Assembly (NCBI RefSeq): GCF_000142905.1
Contig: NW_013657665.1
Location: forward strand, 374,039-438,038
Reading direction: 5' to 3'
Length of the DNA stretch: 64,000 bases
Source: Thecamonas trahens ATCC 50062
Lineage: Eukaryota > Protista > Apusomonadida
Translations under genes and position numbers: made by a program
Notes under the pieces: generated by a model
Database searches by the model: none
What the model was told of the DNA's origin: nothing
What the model saw: the letters and a program-made list of their open reading frames with translations, nothing else
Shown here: in pieces, positions 21,116-31,767 of the stretch
How positions within the stretch are numbered: position 1 is the first letter of the stretch
How the letters are laid out: every line of letters begins with the position of its first letter

Positions 21116-24100
21116 ATGAGCCAGGAGCCGGCCATGGCTGACCATGGAGGGACAAGCGAGGCTGCGGTGGCTGGCCCCGCTGGCGGCTGCGTGGCAGTTC
21201 ACGACTTGGTCCTGCTGGACAAAGCCGACGTGCCGACGGTAGCCAAGACGCTGGAGCAGCGGTTTGTGGACGGAGCGGTGTACACATGCATCTCGAGCGT
21301 GGTCCTTGCCGTCAACCCTTTCCGCCGGCCCGACGGCCTTTACGGGCCGAGTGTGATGGAGGGCTACTTTGGCAAGGCCGCACGGTCTCAGCCGCCGCAC
21401 ATCTACGCCCTGGCCAACGACGCGTACCACGCCATGCTCGAGACAAACGTCTCGCAGACTATCATCATCTCGGGCGAGTCGGGCGCAGGTAAGACCGAGT
21501 CGTCGCGCATCTGCATGCACTTTATCGCTGCTGTCTCGGGCAACCGTGCCGCTGACGTTGACTCTGTCAAGGACTCGCTCCTCGGCTCCAATCCAATTCT
21601 GGAGGCCTTTGGCAATGCACAGACGCTACGGAACGACAACTCGTCGCGGTTCGGCAAGTTTATGGAGATCCAGTTTGACGCCCGCGGCTCGCCGCTCGGC
21701 GGCTGCGTCTCGGTCTACCTGCTCGAAAAGTCGAGGGTTGTCCGTCCTGCGCCCGGCGAGCGCTCGTTCCACGCCTTCTACTTTATGCTCGCCGGCGCGC
21801 CGCCTGAGCTTCGCGCCGAGCTCGACCTCAACCACCCGCCCGAGTTCTTTCCCTCGCTTGCTCGCTCCGGGACATACACCGTGCCGTCGATCGACGACGC
21901 CGCGGGCTATGCTGAGCTGGTCGCTGCCATGACCACGCTCGGCTTTCCTGCCGACTCCCAGACCGCGCTCTTTCGCCTCCTTGCCGCCGTTCTTCACCTC
22001 TCGCGCGTCTCCTTTGTGGCCGCTGCTGGCTCAAAGGGCGACGTGGCAAGCGTTGCTGACGGCGCCGTCCTCGCCGACGTCGCCCGGCTGCTGGGCGTCT
22101 CCGCCGATGGCCTCGGCAAGGCCCTCACCTCACACACCATCGAGACCCGTGGCGAAGCCATCAACATTCCGCTCTCACCAGAGCGAGCCGACGATACCCG
22201 TGACTCGCTCGGTGCCGCCCTCTACGACGCCATGTTCTCACACATTGTGACACTTATCAACGCCTCAATTTCGTCACCGGCGCCAGCCGCGGCCTCCATT
22301 GGCGTGCTGGACATCTACGGCTTTGAGATTCTCCACTCCAACACCTTTGAGCAGTTTTGCATCAACTACACCAACGAGAAGCTCCAGAAGCTCTTTATCG
22401 ACCTCACGCTCTCGGCCGAGCAGGCCGAGTACGCCGCCGAGGGTATTGCCTGGGTCCCAGTTGACTACTTTGACAACGGCGTCATCTGCGAGCTCATTGA
22501 GGGCCGCGGTGGCGTCTTTGACGTCCTCGACGAAGAGACCGTCCTGCCCAAGACTTCCGATACCTCGTTTGTGGCCAAGCTGGAGGTGACCAAGCCCGGA
22601 TCGTCGCCGTACTTTGCGCTGGCCGCCACCCACCGCGCCCTCAAGCTCCCACGGCTCTCGTTCCGGGTTGAGCACTACGCCGGCTTTGTCGAGTACACCG
22701 CCGTCTCGTTCCTCGAGAAGAACAAGACCAAGACGTATCCCGACTTTGCCTCACTCCTCGCCGCATCATCCGAGGCCCTGCACGTTTGTCTCGCGCCAGC
22801 ACTGGGCGCAGGCTCAACGTCGGCTTCCTCCCGCCGCGGCGTCCGCAAGCGAGCCGCCACCACGGTCTCGGTCTTTAAGCGCCAGCTTGCCTCGCTCATC
22901 CAGACGCTCACCGCCTCGCACGCCCACTACATCCGGTGCATCAAGCCCAACGACGAGCGCTCGCCGACAATCTTTGACTTTGAGCGCGTCGAGCACCAGA
23001 TCCAGTATCTGGGCCTGCTGGAGAACGTCCGCGTCGCCCGCGCTGGGTTCTGTTTCCGCGAGCCTGTCGACTCGTTTGTGGCCCGCTACAAGATGCTCGC
23101 GCAAGACTCGTGCTGGCCGCACCCGACCGGCCTCAGCCTCCCTCAAGCTGTCCACGCCATCCTTGCCGCCCGTGGCATCGACAAGAGCCAGTACCAAATG
23201 GGCAAGACCAAGGTGTTTGTCAAGGACCCGGCGTCAGTGTTTGCACTCGAGGATGCACGCACCGCCGCCCTCCCGCGCCTCGTCACACTCATCCAGGCCT
23301 GGTGGCGCGGCGTCGCGACTCGGGCCGCACTGGCTGCGGCCGCGGCCGCCACTACCATTGCCACAGCCTGGCGCGCCTTTGTGGCCCGCCGGTTCTTTGT
23401 CGAACACCGTGCCGCCGTTCGCATCGCCCGGGCCTGGCGGAGCTTTGGGCTTCGGGCCTGGTGCGCTCGGGCGCTTGCAGCGTCGACCATTGCCCGGGCC
23501 TGGCGCTGCTCTAAGGCCCGCGAGGCGAGGCGCCACCAATTGGCTGCGCGCGACATTCAGCGGACTGCGCGTGGCTTCCTCGCTCGCACGGCGGTTGCCC
23601 GGACTACTGCCGCCTCGCGGATCGGCGCTATTTGCCGTGGCCGTTACGTCCGCGCCCACATCGATGACATCACCGCCGAGGCGCGCGCCGCCAAGGAACG
23701 CGCCCGGCAAGACGCCGCGGCAGCGGCCATCCAGGCACAAGTCCGCGGCCTGCTCGCGCGGCGCGCGTATGCGCGAGCGAGGGCGGCGACCAAGATCCAG
23801 GCCGCGTGGCGCGGCCACGTCCAGCAACAAGCGTACATCAAGAGGCGCGCAGGCGAGCGGGTGGCGTCGTTTGTGCTGCGAGTGGCGTTGGAGCGACGGT
23901 TTGCTCGTGCCAAGGCGGTAACTCACATTGCAGCAGCATGGCGCGGGCGGGTGGCGCGCCTCGCGTTTAAGCGGCTCATGGCCGCTCGCAAGCTGCAAAA
24001 GTGGATCCGTGCTCTCTGGGCTGTCCAGCTTCTGTCCGGCATCGAGCAGGCGCTGGCGTCGCTGACTCCCAAGGTGTGGCCGGACGCGGTGGTCGACGGT

Positions 24101-24895
24101 GCGCAGGAAGATGCTCGGGCGACACTCTACCACATGTATCTCGCGTGGCGAGCACGGGTCTATCGCGACGCGTGCACCGAGACCAAGCGCATCGCCATGT
24201 GGCGGCGAGTCCGGGCCTCGGAGATGTTCAAGGCGAGCAAGGCCAAAGTTTACGCGGCGTCGGTCCAGCTCGCGTTTGCCGGCGACGCGCTCGGGCTCGG
24301 CACCGCCGGATCCAAAAGCGCGCGCGAGTTGGCCAAGGCCATGGCCAAGGTGGGCGACGAGTCGAGCATCATCTTCTCGGCGCCCATCGCAAAGGTCAAT
24401 CGGTCGTTCAAACACGACGAGAACGCGGTGGCGCTCAGTCGCCGGCACTTGTTCCGGCTCAAGGGCAAGTCGTTCAAGGTCAAGTCGGTGACGCCGATCG
24501 AAGCCATATCCTCGCTCTCATGTTCGCCGTTTGGAGACTGCTACATGGTGCTCACGTTTGATGGCGTCGAGCACCACGACATGGTCTTTGCCTGCGAGCG
24601 CCTCGTCGAGTTTGCCGTCCGCCTTCTCGACCAGCTGCAGGCCGTGACAGAGGCCGGGCGCTCTGGCGCGACGTCGCACGTCGCCGCCGCATCCCGCATG
24701 GCAGCCGCAACGTCGCACACCCACGCCCGCGTCGAGTTTGGCGACCGGCTCGTGTTCCAAGAGCCCAAAGGTGAGTATGTGCTTCTGTTTGACGCGTCCA
24801 GCGAGGCACGGCCCGACGGCCATGGAGGCGGCTACAAGATCGCCAAGATTAAGGGCGCCAAGAACACGGGAAAAGTGGTTGTCCCCCCGTCTTGA
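21116..24895 (+). CDS. MYO1: Class I myosin (short-tailed, TH1) with ~11 IQ-like motifs
   Basis: [46 protein letters not shown] repeats, and a TH1/PH-like tail (FSAPIAKVNRSFK). Confidence 0.9.
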   Translation: MSQEPAMADHGGTSEAAVAGPAGGCVAVHDLVLLDKADVPTVAKTLEQRFVDGAVYTCISSVVLAVNPFRRPDGLYGPSVMEGYFGKAARSQPPHIYALANDAYHAMLETNVSQTIIISGESGAGKTESSRICMHFIAAVSGNRAADVDSVKDSLLGSNPILEAFGNAQTLRNDNSSRFGKFMEIQFDARGSPLGGCVSVYLLEKSRVVRPAPGERSFHAFYFMLAGAPPELRAELDLNHPPEFFPSLARSGTYTVPSIDDAAGYAELVAAMTTLGFPADSQTALFRLLAAVLHLSRVSFVAAAGSKGDVASVADGAVLADVARLLGVSADGLGKALTSHTIETRGEAINIPLSPERADDTRDSLGAALYDAMFSHIVTLINASISSPAPAAASIGVLDIYGFEILHSNTFEQFCINYTNEKLQKLFIDLTLSAEQAEYAAEGIAWVPVDYFDNGVICELIEGRGGVFDVLDEETVLPKTSDTSFVAKLEVTKPGSSPYFALAATHRALKLPRLSFRVEHYAGFVEYTAVSFLEKNKTKTYPDFASLLAASSEALHVCLAPALGAGSTSASSRRGVRKRAATTVSVFKRQLASLIQTLTASHAHYIRCIKPNDERSPTIFDFERVEHQIQYLGLLENVRVARAGFCFREPVDSFVARYKMLAQDSCWPHPTGLSLPQAVHAILAARGIDKSQYQMGKTKVFVKDPASVFALEDARTAALPRLVTLIQAWWRGVATRAALAAAAAATTIATAWRAFVARRFFVEHRAAVRIARAWRSFGLRAWCARALAASTIARAWRCSKAREARRHQLAARDIQRTARGFLARTAVARTTAASRIGAICRGRYVRAHIDDITAEARAAKERARQDAAAAAIQAQVRGLLARRAYARARAATKIQAAWRGHVQQQAYIKRRAGERVASFVLRVALERRFARAKAVTHIAAAWRGRVARLAFKRLMAARKLQKWIRALWAVQLLSGIEQALASLTPKVWPDAVVDGAQEDARATLYHMYLAWRARVYRDACTETKRIAMWRRVRASEMFKASKAKVYAASVQLAFAGDALGLGTAGSKSARELAKAMAKVGDESSIIFSAPIAKVNRSFKHDENAVALSRRHLFRLKGKSFKVKSVTPIEAISSLSCSPFGDCYMVLTFDGVEHHDMVFACERLVEFAVRLLDQLQAVTEAGRSGATSHVAAASRMAAATSHTHARVEFGDRLVFQEPKGEYVLLFDASSEARPDGHGGGYKIAKIKGAKNTGKVVVPPS

Positions 24896-24979
24896 CTCGT
24901 AAACGCTATCCGCACTCTGAACGGGATCGCGCTCGTTGTTGCTGGTCGCCAACGGCACAGAGACGGCGCAGAGATGCAT

Positions 24980-27900
24980 TCATTGGACGTAGTTGGAGGG
25001 GAACTCGCCCTTGCTCCCGCGCAGTTCACCGGTCCACCAGCCGTCGCCCTTGGACACGATGGTGATGACGTCGCCCTCGCGGAACGAGAGCTCACCGGCT
25101 TCCTGTGCGTCGTAGTCATAGAGCGCGGTGACAGTCTCGCGGGCGGGTGTCCGCTTCGGGCCGGGTGGCGGCGGNNNNNNNNNNNNNNNNNNNNNNNNNN
25201 NNNNNNNNNNNNNNNNNNNNNNNNNNNNNNNNNNNNNNNNNNNNNNNNNNNNNNNNNNNNNNNNNNNNNNNNNNNNNNNNNNNNNNNNNNNNNNNNNNNN
25301 NNNNNNNNNNNNNNNNNNNNNNNNNNNNNNNNNNNNNNNNNNNNNNNNNNNNNNNNNNNNNNNNNNNNNNNNNNNNNNNNNNNNNNNNNNNNNNNNNNNN
25401 NNNNNNNNNNNNNNNNNNNNNNNNNNNNNNNNNNNNNNNNNNNNNNNNNNCCGCCACGGCCGCCACGGCCACCGCCGCGGTTGAACGAGTACGATGGGGC
25501 AGCAGTAGTGACGGCCCCGATGGAAATGACGGACGGACCCTCGTTGCCTGGGGTGGACTTGTCGAGACCCGGGGCGACGAGAACCTTTGTCTTCTTGACG
25601 AGGCCGGGGCCACCGGACGGGTCCTGCACAAAGGTAAGCGCCCGGGTCTTGTTCTTCTTGAGCGTGTATGTGACCTGCATAGCAAAGGCGACGTCCACGC
25701 CGTAGTCCTGCTTGAGGACGGCAACCAGCTCGGTCTTGCGGCGGCATTCGATGACGTTGTCGTGCTGGCCGGGGACGTGGAGTACGACAATGTTGTCGGC
25801 AAGCGGGGAGAGCGAGACGCGCTTGAGAGTGTCTTTGGTGATGCGGCGCTTGCAGATGTAGACAAACGGCTTCGAAGCGAGCATGGGGTCGGCCTTGTTC
25901 TTGTTCTTCTCGACTGCAATGATGTAGGTGGCCTGGTCAGTGACGACGAGGACGCGGCGCTGGGCGCGGGAGCGGCGGTCGTACTTGATGATAGGCGCGG
26001 CAAAGCGGAGAGTCTCGCGGCCGTGTTCGGCAACGATTGACTTGAGTCCGTGGTTGGAGCGGAAGCCCGCGTAGTCTGTGGCAAAGAAGCGCTCGACGGA
26101 GTTGCGGCGGCGCTGCTTGTTGCCGACAAAGGTGGCGTTGGCGACGGCGTGCAGGTCGTGGTAGTACTGGCGCATGGCGAATCGGAGGAAGAACCGCTGG
26201 ATGGTGTTGGCGTAGGTGTCGAGACGGCGGTCGCGCTGCTCCTCGAGGGCAAAGACAGCCTCAGGGGCGCGGATAAAGATCTTGGTGCGCCCAAACTCAA
26301 AGTCGGTGCCCTGACGGAGGCCCTGCGAGGCGAGGATGGCCGACGCTCCGTCCTGGTGGTTGCCGGAGAACGAGGGGAAGGTCTGCGAGCAGATGACGCG
26401 GTAGCGGTAGAAGAACCGGTCAAAGGTCTGGCGGTAGGCGTACCCTGCACGGCGGATGCGAACGTTCTCGAGGAGGCCGAGGTACTGGACCTGGTGGCGC
26501 GAGAGGTTCGAGTCCCAGTCGTTGGCCTTCTTGTTGTTGTTCGGCTTGAGGCACCGGATGTAGTGCGGGGTGCATGCCATCAGCCGCTCGACGAGGGCCG
26601 CGATCGACGACTTGATGATGGTGCCCGAAGTGGGCGGGCGGCGCTTGTCGTTGCGCGAGCGGGTGGTGGGGAAGAGGTTGGCGATGAACGGCGACTGCGA
26701 GTTCTGGCAGAGGATCTCAAGATCCTTGAACAGCGGGTCCTTGTTGCGGTCACAAAAGCCCGTGGCGCAGTACGTGACGTCGCCAGCGTAGTGCGAGATG
26801 GTAAAGTAGCCGTGGCCGGCAGGCGCGTAGTGCGGGTGGCCCGAGTGCTCGGACGAAAGCTTCTCGGCAAACTTGTCGTCGGTGCCCTTGGGGAAGTTGC
26901 ACACGTCGTTGAGGAGCGAGAAGACCCCGATGGGGTTGCGCTTTGACTCGATGAGGTCGCACACGATCTTGTTGTTGAAAAAGGTGATTTCGGTCCACTC
27001 GATGCCTTCTGCGGCGTACTCCTCCTGCTCTTGCTTGAGGGTGAGCTCGATAAAAATCTGCTGGAGCTTCTCATTGACGTAGTTGATGCAGAGCTGCTCA
27101 AAGCCGTTGTTCTCGAAAATCTCAAAGCCGTAGATGTCCAGCACGCCGAGGACAAGCGTGTCCGGGTCCGAGAACTGGAGGTTGACGTTGACCGCGGCAA
27201 CGATCCAGTCAAACAGGTTCGAGTAGAGGGCCTTGGCGAGGGCGTCGCGGGCGTAGACAGCCATCTCGGCGTTGTTCGGCACGTTGTACGTCGAGCCGCG
27301 TGAGCCGGCACCGGTCTCGATGGTTCTGGTGGTGAGCGCAGCAATGACGGCCTCGTTCGAAGTGCAGAGGAGGTACGCCGCGTACTCGATGGCCACCATG
27401 TCTTGCGGCTGGGCCTGCTCCTTGTCATCCTCGTAGAACGAGATGTTGCCGAGCTGGAGAATGCCGGCCACCGTCCGCCACACGCCCATCTGGTCGTCGG
27501 GCGTGAGGCCCATGGTAGTCATGGCCTCGACAACCTCGGCGTACTCGCGGGTGTCGTTCATGCCCGACACGGTGGTGCAGCCGGACTGGGCGAGGTAGTA
27601 AAAGTCCTCAGGTCGGGCGAGGCCAAACTCCTCGCGCATGGCGGCGTCTGCGCCGGCGAGCAGCTGATAGAACGCGTGAAAGTTGCGCTCGCCGGCCTGC
27701 TGGCTCACAACACGCGACTTTTCAAGCAGGTATACGTTGATCGAACCACCGGCCGGGTCACCGCCGTACGTGAACATGATCTCCATGTACTTGCCGAACC
27801 GCGACGAGTTGTTGTTGCGCACGGTCTTGGCATTTCCAAACGCCTCGAGCAGCGGATTCGACTGCAGAATGATGTCACGGACCCGCGCCACCTCGTTGGT

Positions 27901-28388
27901 CGCCGAGCACACTGAGGCAATGTACTGGAAGATCTTCTTAGACGCCTCAGTCTTACCGGCACCCGACTCGCCCGAAATGATCACACACTGGTTCTCGCCC
28001 TCGGAGAGCATGGCGCGGTACGCCGCATCGGCGAGCGCGAACACATGCGGCGCCAGCTCGTACATGTATTTGCCGCGGTACGCCCGGAGCCGGGTGTCCG
28101 AGTACAGGTCCTTGATGCCCTTGAACGGGTTGACCGAGATGAGCACAGGGCCGATCTGCAAAGAGGGTTGTACGGGCAGGGGTGGGTGGGTGAGTGAGTT
28201 TGAGAGAGAGAGAGAGAGTGTGTGTGTGTGTGTATGTGCGTGTGTGGGGAGTGCGTGCATGAGGGAGAGCGTACGTAAGTGTAGATGGTGTCGTCTTTGT
28301 ATCGTTTGTGGAGGTTGTCGACAATGGCCTTTTCGGTGATGGACGAGAGCATGACCATGTCGTCGACACCGGCTTTGGATTGGTACGC
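24980..28388 (-). CDS. MYO1: Long-tailed class I myosin (motor, IQ, TH1, GPR-rich TH2 in N gap, SH3); intron 28156-28274; ATG-only first exon unresolved upstream
   Basis: The exon starting [14 protein letters not shown] resembles amoeboid myosin-I N-termini. Motor motifs include GESGAGKT and DALAK. The SH3 reads [19 protein letters not shown]...WWTGEL...FPSNYVQ-stop. Confidence 0.93.
25175..25450. other. Assembly gap (N run); other gaps at 10345-10464, 28592-28691, 42003-42102, 44728-44827, 49017-49116, 59637-59776
   Basis: N runs, mostly abutting poly-G/C or GC-rich repeats. Confidence 0.99.
28156..28274 (-). other. Spliceosomal intron (long-tailed myosin I) containing (CA)n/(CT)n microsatellite
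   Basis: IYTY|gtacgc ... actcac ... tttgcag|IGPVL. Confidence 0.9.
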
Positions 28389-28991
28389 CTGGAGGGATGA
28401 GGAGAGAGGGTGAATGGTGAGTTGGGGGGGGGCGGAGGGTTAAGCAGGAACAACTTGCAGTCCGCCGCCGGCCAACCTGAGCCACCATGGCCTCTGCGGC
28501 GCGCCTGCCGCCCCCTGCCCCCCCCTCGCACACCACTACCTTGTGTCCTGTTCATGCATGTGCATGTGGGTGGGTGGGGTGGGGTGGGGGTNNNNNNNNN
28601 NNNNNNNNNNNNNNNNNNNNNNNNNNNNNNNNNNNNNNNNNNNNNNNNNNNNNNNNNNNNNNNNNNNNNNNNNNNNNNNNNNNNNNNNNNNGGGGGGGGG
28701 GGGCGGAAGCTGGCCGGCGGCTGGGGACTTGTGCACTGTGGATTACCTGCGTCGGCCTAGCGCCGGGTTATGGACCTGGATTTGCCCAGGAGAGACGCTT
28801 GATACCTCTCCAAACGGGCCATCGTGGCGAGATCGCATCCTCTGCAAGGTCTTGGGTGCTGGGTGTGGGACAGGGCAGGGCAGGCGGAGGATCGCTTGAG
28901 AGTGTGCAGTTGTGGACGCGACAGGCTCGGTGGGCAACGGTATGGGTAATACTCGTCGACCTGTTGTTTGGAGGAGAAGCACCAGGTGGCG

Positions 28992-31480
28992 ATGATGCAG
29001 AAGAACAAGGCTCGCTTGCGGAAGGAGCCGCTGCGCAAGCTGTGGGAGCCGTCCAATGTCGGTATGTTGGGTTGAGGGTGGGTTGGGTTGGGGGGGGGTT
29101 GGGGGTCATGGTGTCGTCACTGCAAGAGAAGACGGAGGGGTGTGTGTGAGGGAAGGGGGGGAGGGGAGGGGAGGGGAGGAGGGAGTGAGGGGGGAGGGGG
29201 GAGGGGGGCGATGACTCATGTAGAAGAGGTCGTTGGTGTGTGTGCTGCGTGCTTGGTCACGGGGCTGTTGCTGCTGCTGGCTGCTGGCTGGACGCTCGTT
29301 GACGTTCGACGTGCCGACGCTGATGCTGATGGGTGGCGATGATGGGTGGCTTTGGGGTGCGTGGGTAACAGATCCATATCCCCTCTCGGGATCTCACTCG
29401 TCGTCTATCGAGTCGCAAAAGGCATCGCTCCCGGCCCGGGTGTTGCACAAGGTGTACGGCATTCCCTATGGGCCAACGTCGCGGATGGTGGCGACGGCGG
29501 CGAGCCAGGTGTTCCCGCTCGGATGGCTTCGCCGCTACGGCCGCAGTCAGCTGGGTAGTGACATTGTGGCCGGCCTAACCATTGGCATCATTCTTGTGCC
29601 GCAGGCCATGGCTTACGCGCTGCTGGCGGGCCTCCCACCGCAGTACGGGCTGTACACCGCCATCTTTCCGGCGCTCATGTACGGGATCTTTGGCACGGTG
29701 CCGAACCTGTGCATAGGCCCGTTTGCGCTACTCTCGCTGCTTGTGGCCGAGGCCGCGTCTGCAGTTTCGGGTGAGGACGGCGGAACGGATGCGTCGCAGC
29801 GGTACATCGAGGCGACCATGCTGCTGTCGTTTTCACCGGCCTGGTACTCTGCGCCATGTCGACGCTGCGGATGGGCTTTGTCACCGTCTTTCTCTCGCCG
29901 GTCCTCATCTCGGGCTTCACCACCGCATCGGCCATTCTTATTGCCACGTCGCAGCTGAAGCACGTGTTTGGCCTTCGCCCGCCGCAAATTGACGGCTTTT
30001 TGAGCCGTTCCGGACCATATACTGGCTTCTCTCTCATCTTGACGAGGCCAATGTGGCCGCGATTGTCATTGCTGTCGTCGCGGTCCTCCTCCTCTTTGGC
30101 ATTCGGTATCTCAACACCAGGTTCAAGGCCCGGCTTCCGATGGCGATCCCGTCCGAGTTTGTGCTCCTTGTTCTCGCGCTTGTCTTCTCCAAGGCGCTGA
30201 GCATAGACACGCGGTGGGACGTGAACGTGGTTGGCTCGATTCCGGGCGGCTTGCCGTCGCTCACGGTCCCAAGCCTCGGCTCGGACATGGTCGGTGCTGC
30301 GTTGGCCAACTCGATCATTCTTGCTGTCATTGGGTTTGCCGTCTCTATTGCCATCGGCAAGACTTTTGAGAAGCAGCTTGAATTGAGCGTCCGGCCCAAC
30401 CAGGAGCTACTCGCCATGGGCATCGCCAACGTGTTTGGCTCGTTTCTACTCTCGTATCCGTCGTGCGGCTCACTCTCACGCTCGGTTGTCTCGGCCGAGT
30501 CGGGCGTCAAGTCGCCGATCAACATCCTGTTCTCGTCGACGCTAGTGGCTATCATTGTCGCCGTCCTAACCGGGCCGTTTGAGGCCACGCCTCAAGCCGT
30601 CCTTGCCGCCGTCATTCTGGTAGCGCTCAAGCGGCTCCTTCTCCAGGTCCGCGAGCTCCCGGCACTGTACCGGATCAAGCGGGCCGACGGCTTGGTCTGG
30701 GCCTTTGTGTTCACCGCCGTTCTGGTTGTCGGCGTCACCGAAGGCCTCATCCTCGGCATGGTCTTCTCGCTTCTCATTGTGCTGTACAAGCAAATGCGGC
30801 CGTACACGGCGGTGATGGGCCGGTTTCCAGGCACCAGGCTCTACGGCTCAGTGGCGCAGTATGGCGACCAGGTCGTCGAGTGGCCGCGCATTAAGATCGT
30901 CCACTTTGGTGCCGAGCTCTTCTATGCCAACGTCGCCTTTTTGGAGGACACGATCGAGGGCGTCGTCCGCTCCACCCCGGGCCTGGCCGCCATTGTCCTC
31001 GACATTTCGACCTTTTCCGACATCGACATCTCGTCGGCGCGCGACCTCTCTCGCATCCACGCCGACCTAACCGACCGCCACATCCGGCTCCTCTTTGCCC
31101 ACCCGCGCAAGCGGCTCCGCTCGCTCTTTGCCGCCGAAAAGACGGTGCCCATCGAAGACATGTTCATCGACGTTCACGACGCCTGCCTCTACGCCATGGA
31201 AGTCGGTCCCATCGTCCCTGACGCCACAGACTCGGACTCGAACGGATCGTCCACCACGGCTGCCATCTGGCCGGGCTACGGCTCGGTCGGCTGGAGCCCC
31301 ATCCCTAGCGTTGTCTCGCTCTCATCCGACAGTGAGCCGACCACCACCGCTCCGTCGACGCACGCCGAGCCATCAACGGCCATCTCGGGCCACCACCGCT
31401 CAGCACCCTCTTCGGCGCCAAGCAGCGGCATTTCGTCGTCGTCAAGCTACTTGTCATCGTCGGCCTCACCGACCGTTTAG
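28992..31480 (+). CDS. SLC26/SulP anion transporter with STAS domain; intron 29062-29371; two 1-nt frame breaks (29830-29833, 29997-30001)
   Basis: DIVAGLTIGIILVPQAMAYALLAGLPPQYGLY, GFTTASAI, NQELLAMG, SLSRS, and STAS motifs LFYAN and IVLDIS. Confidence 0.9.
29062..29371 (+). other. Spliceosomal intron (SLC26)
   Basis: G|gtatgt ... taacag|AT, phase 1. It joins MMQKNK...SNV to DPYPLS. Confidence 0.75.
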
Positions 31481-31767
31481 CGCTTGCGCAGACACCATGC
31501 AACTGTTGGCGTACTTAATCAAAGATAGTGTCGTCTCGTCTTGTGTGCCAGTCCTGCAAGTCGAGATGCACCCCATCCCCTTCCCCCGATATCATTGCGG
31601 CTTGATGGTTGGCGAGCCCAAAGGGAGCATGAGTTTGGCTCAGCTCGCCCCCCCCCCCCCCCCCGTGGGGGGAGGGGGAGGGCGGTTACGAGGAGCCCTA
31701 GTCTTGACACCAAGCAGAGCACACACGACGCCAGACCGAGGCTACTTGAGCCGTGGGGCAGGTTTGG

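Noticed and set aside
24832-25174. ORF-track myosin C-terminus running to 24832
   Set aside because: The frame across the N gap is arbitrary. The SH3 domain is in the frame ending at 24980.
28881-28990. GGAGGATCGCTTGAG match to 7SL/Alu sequence (and a weaker resemblance at ~20750-20790)
   Set aside because: There is no SRP helix-8 motif or Alu fold around it, and the region runs into SLC26 exon 1. Probably chance; cmscan would settle it.
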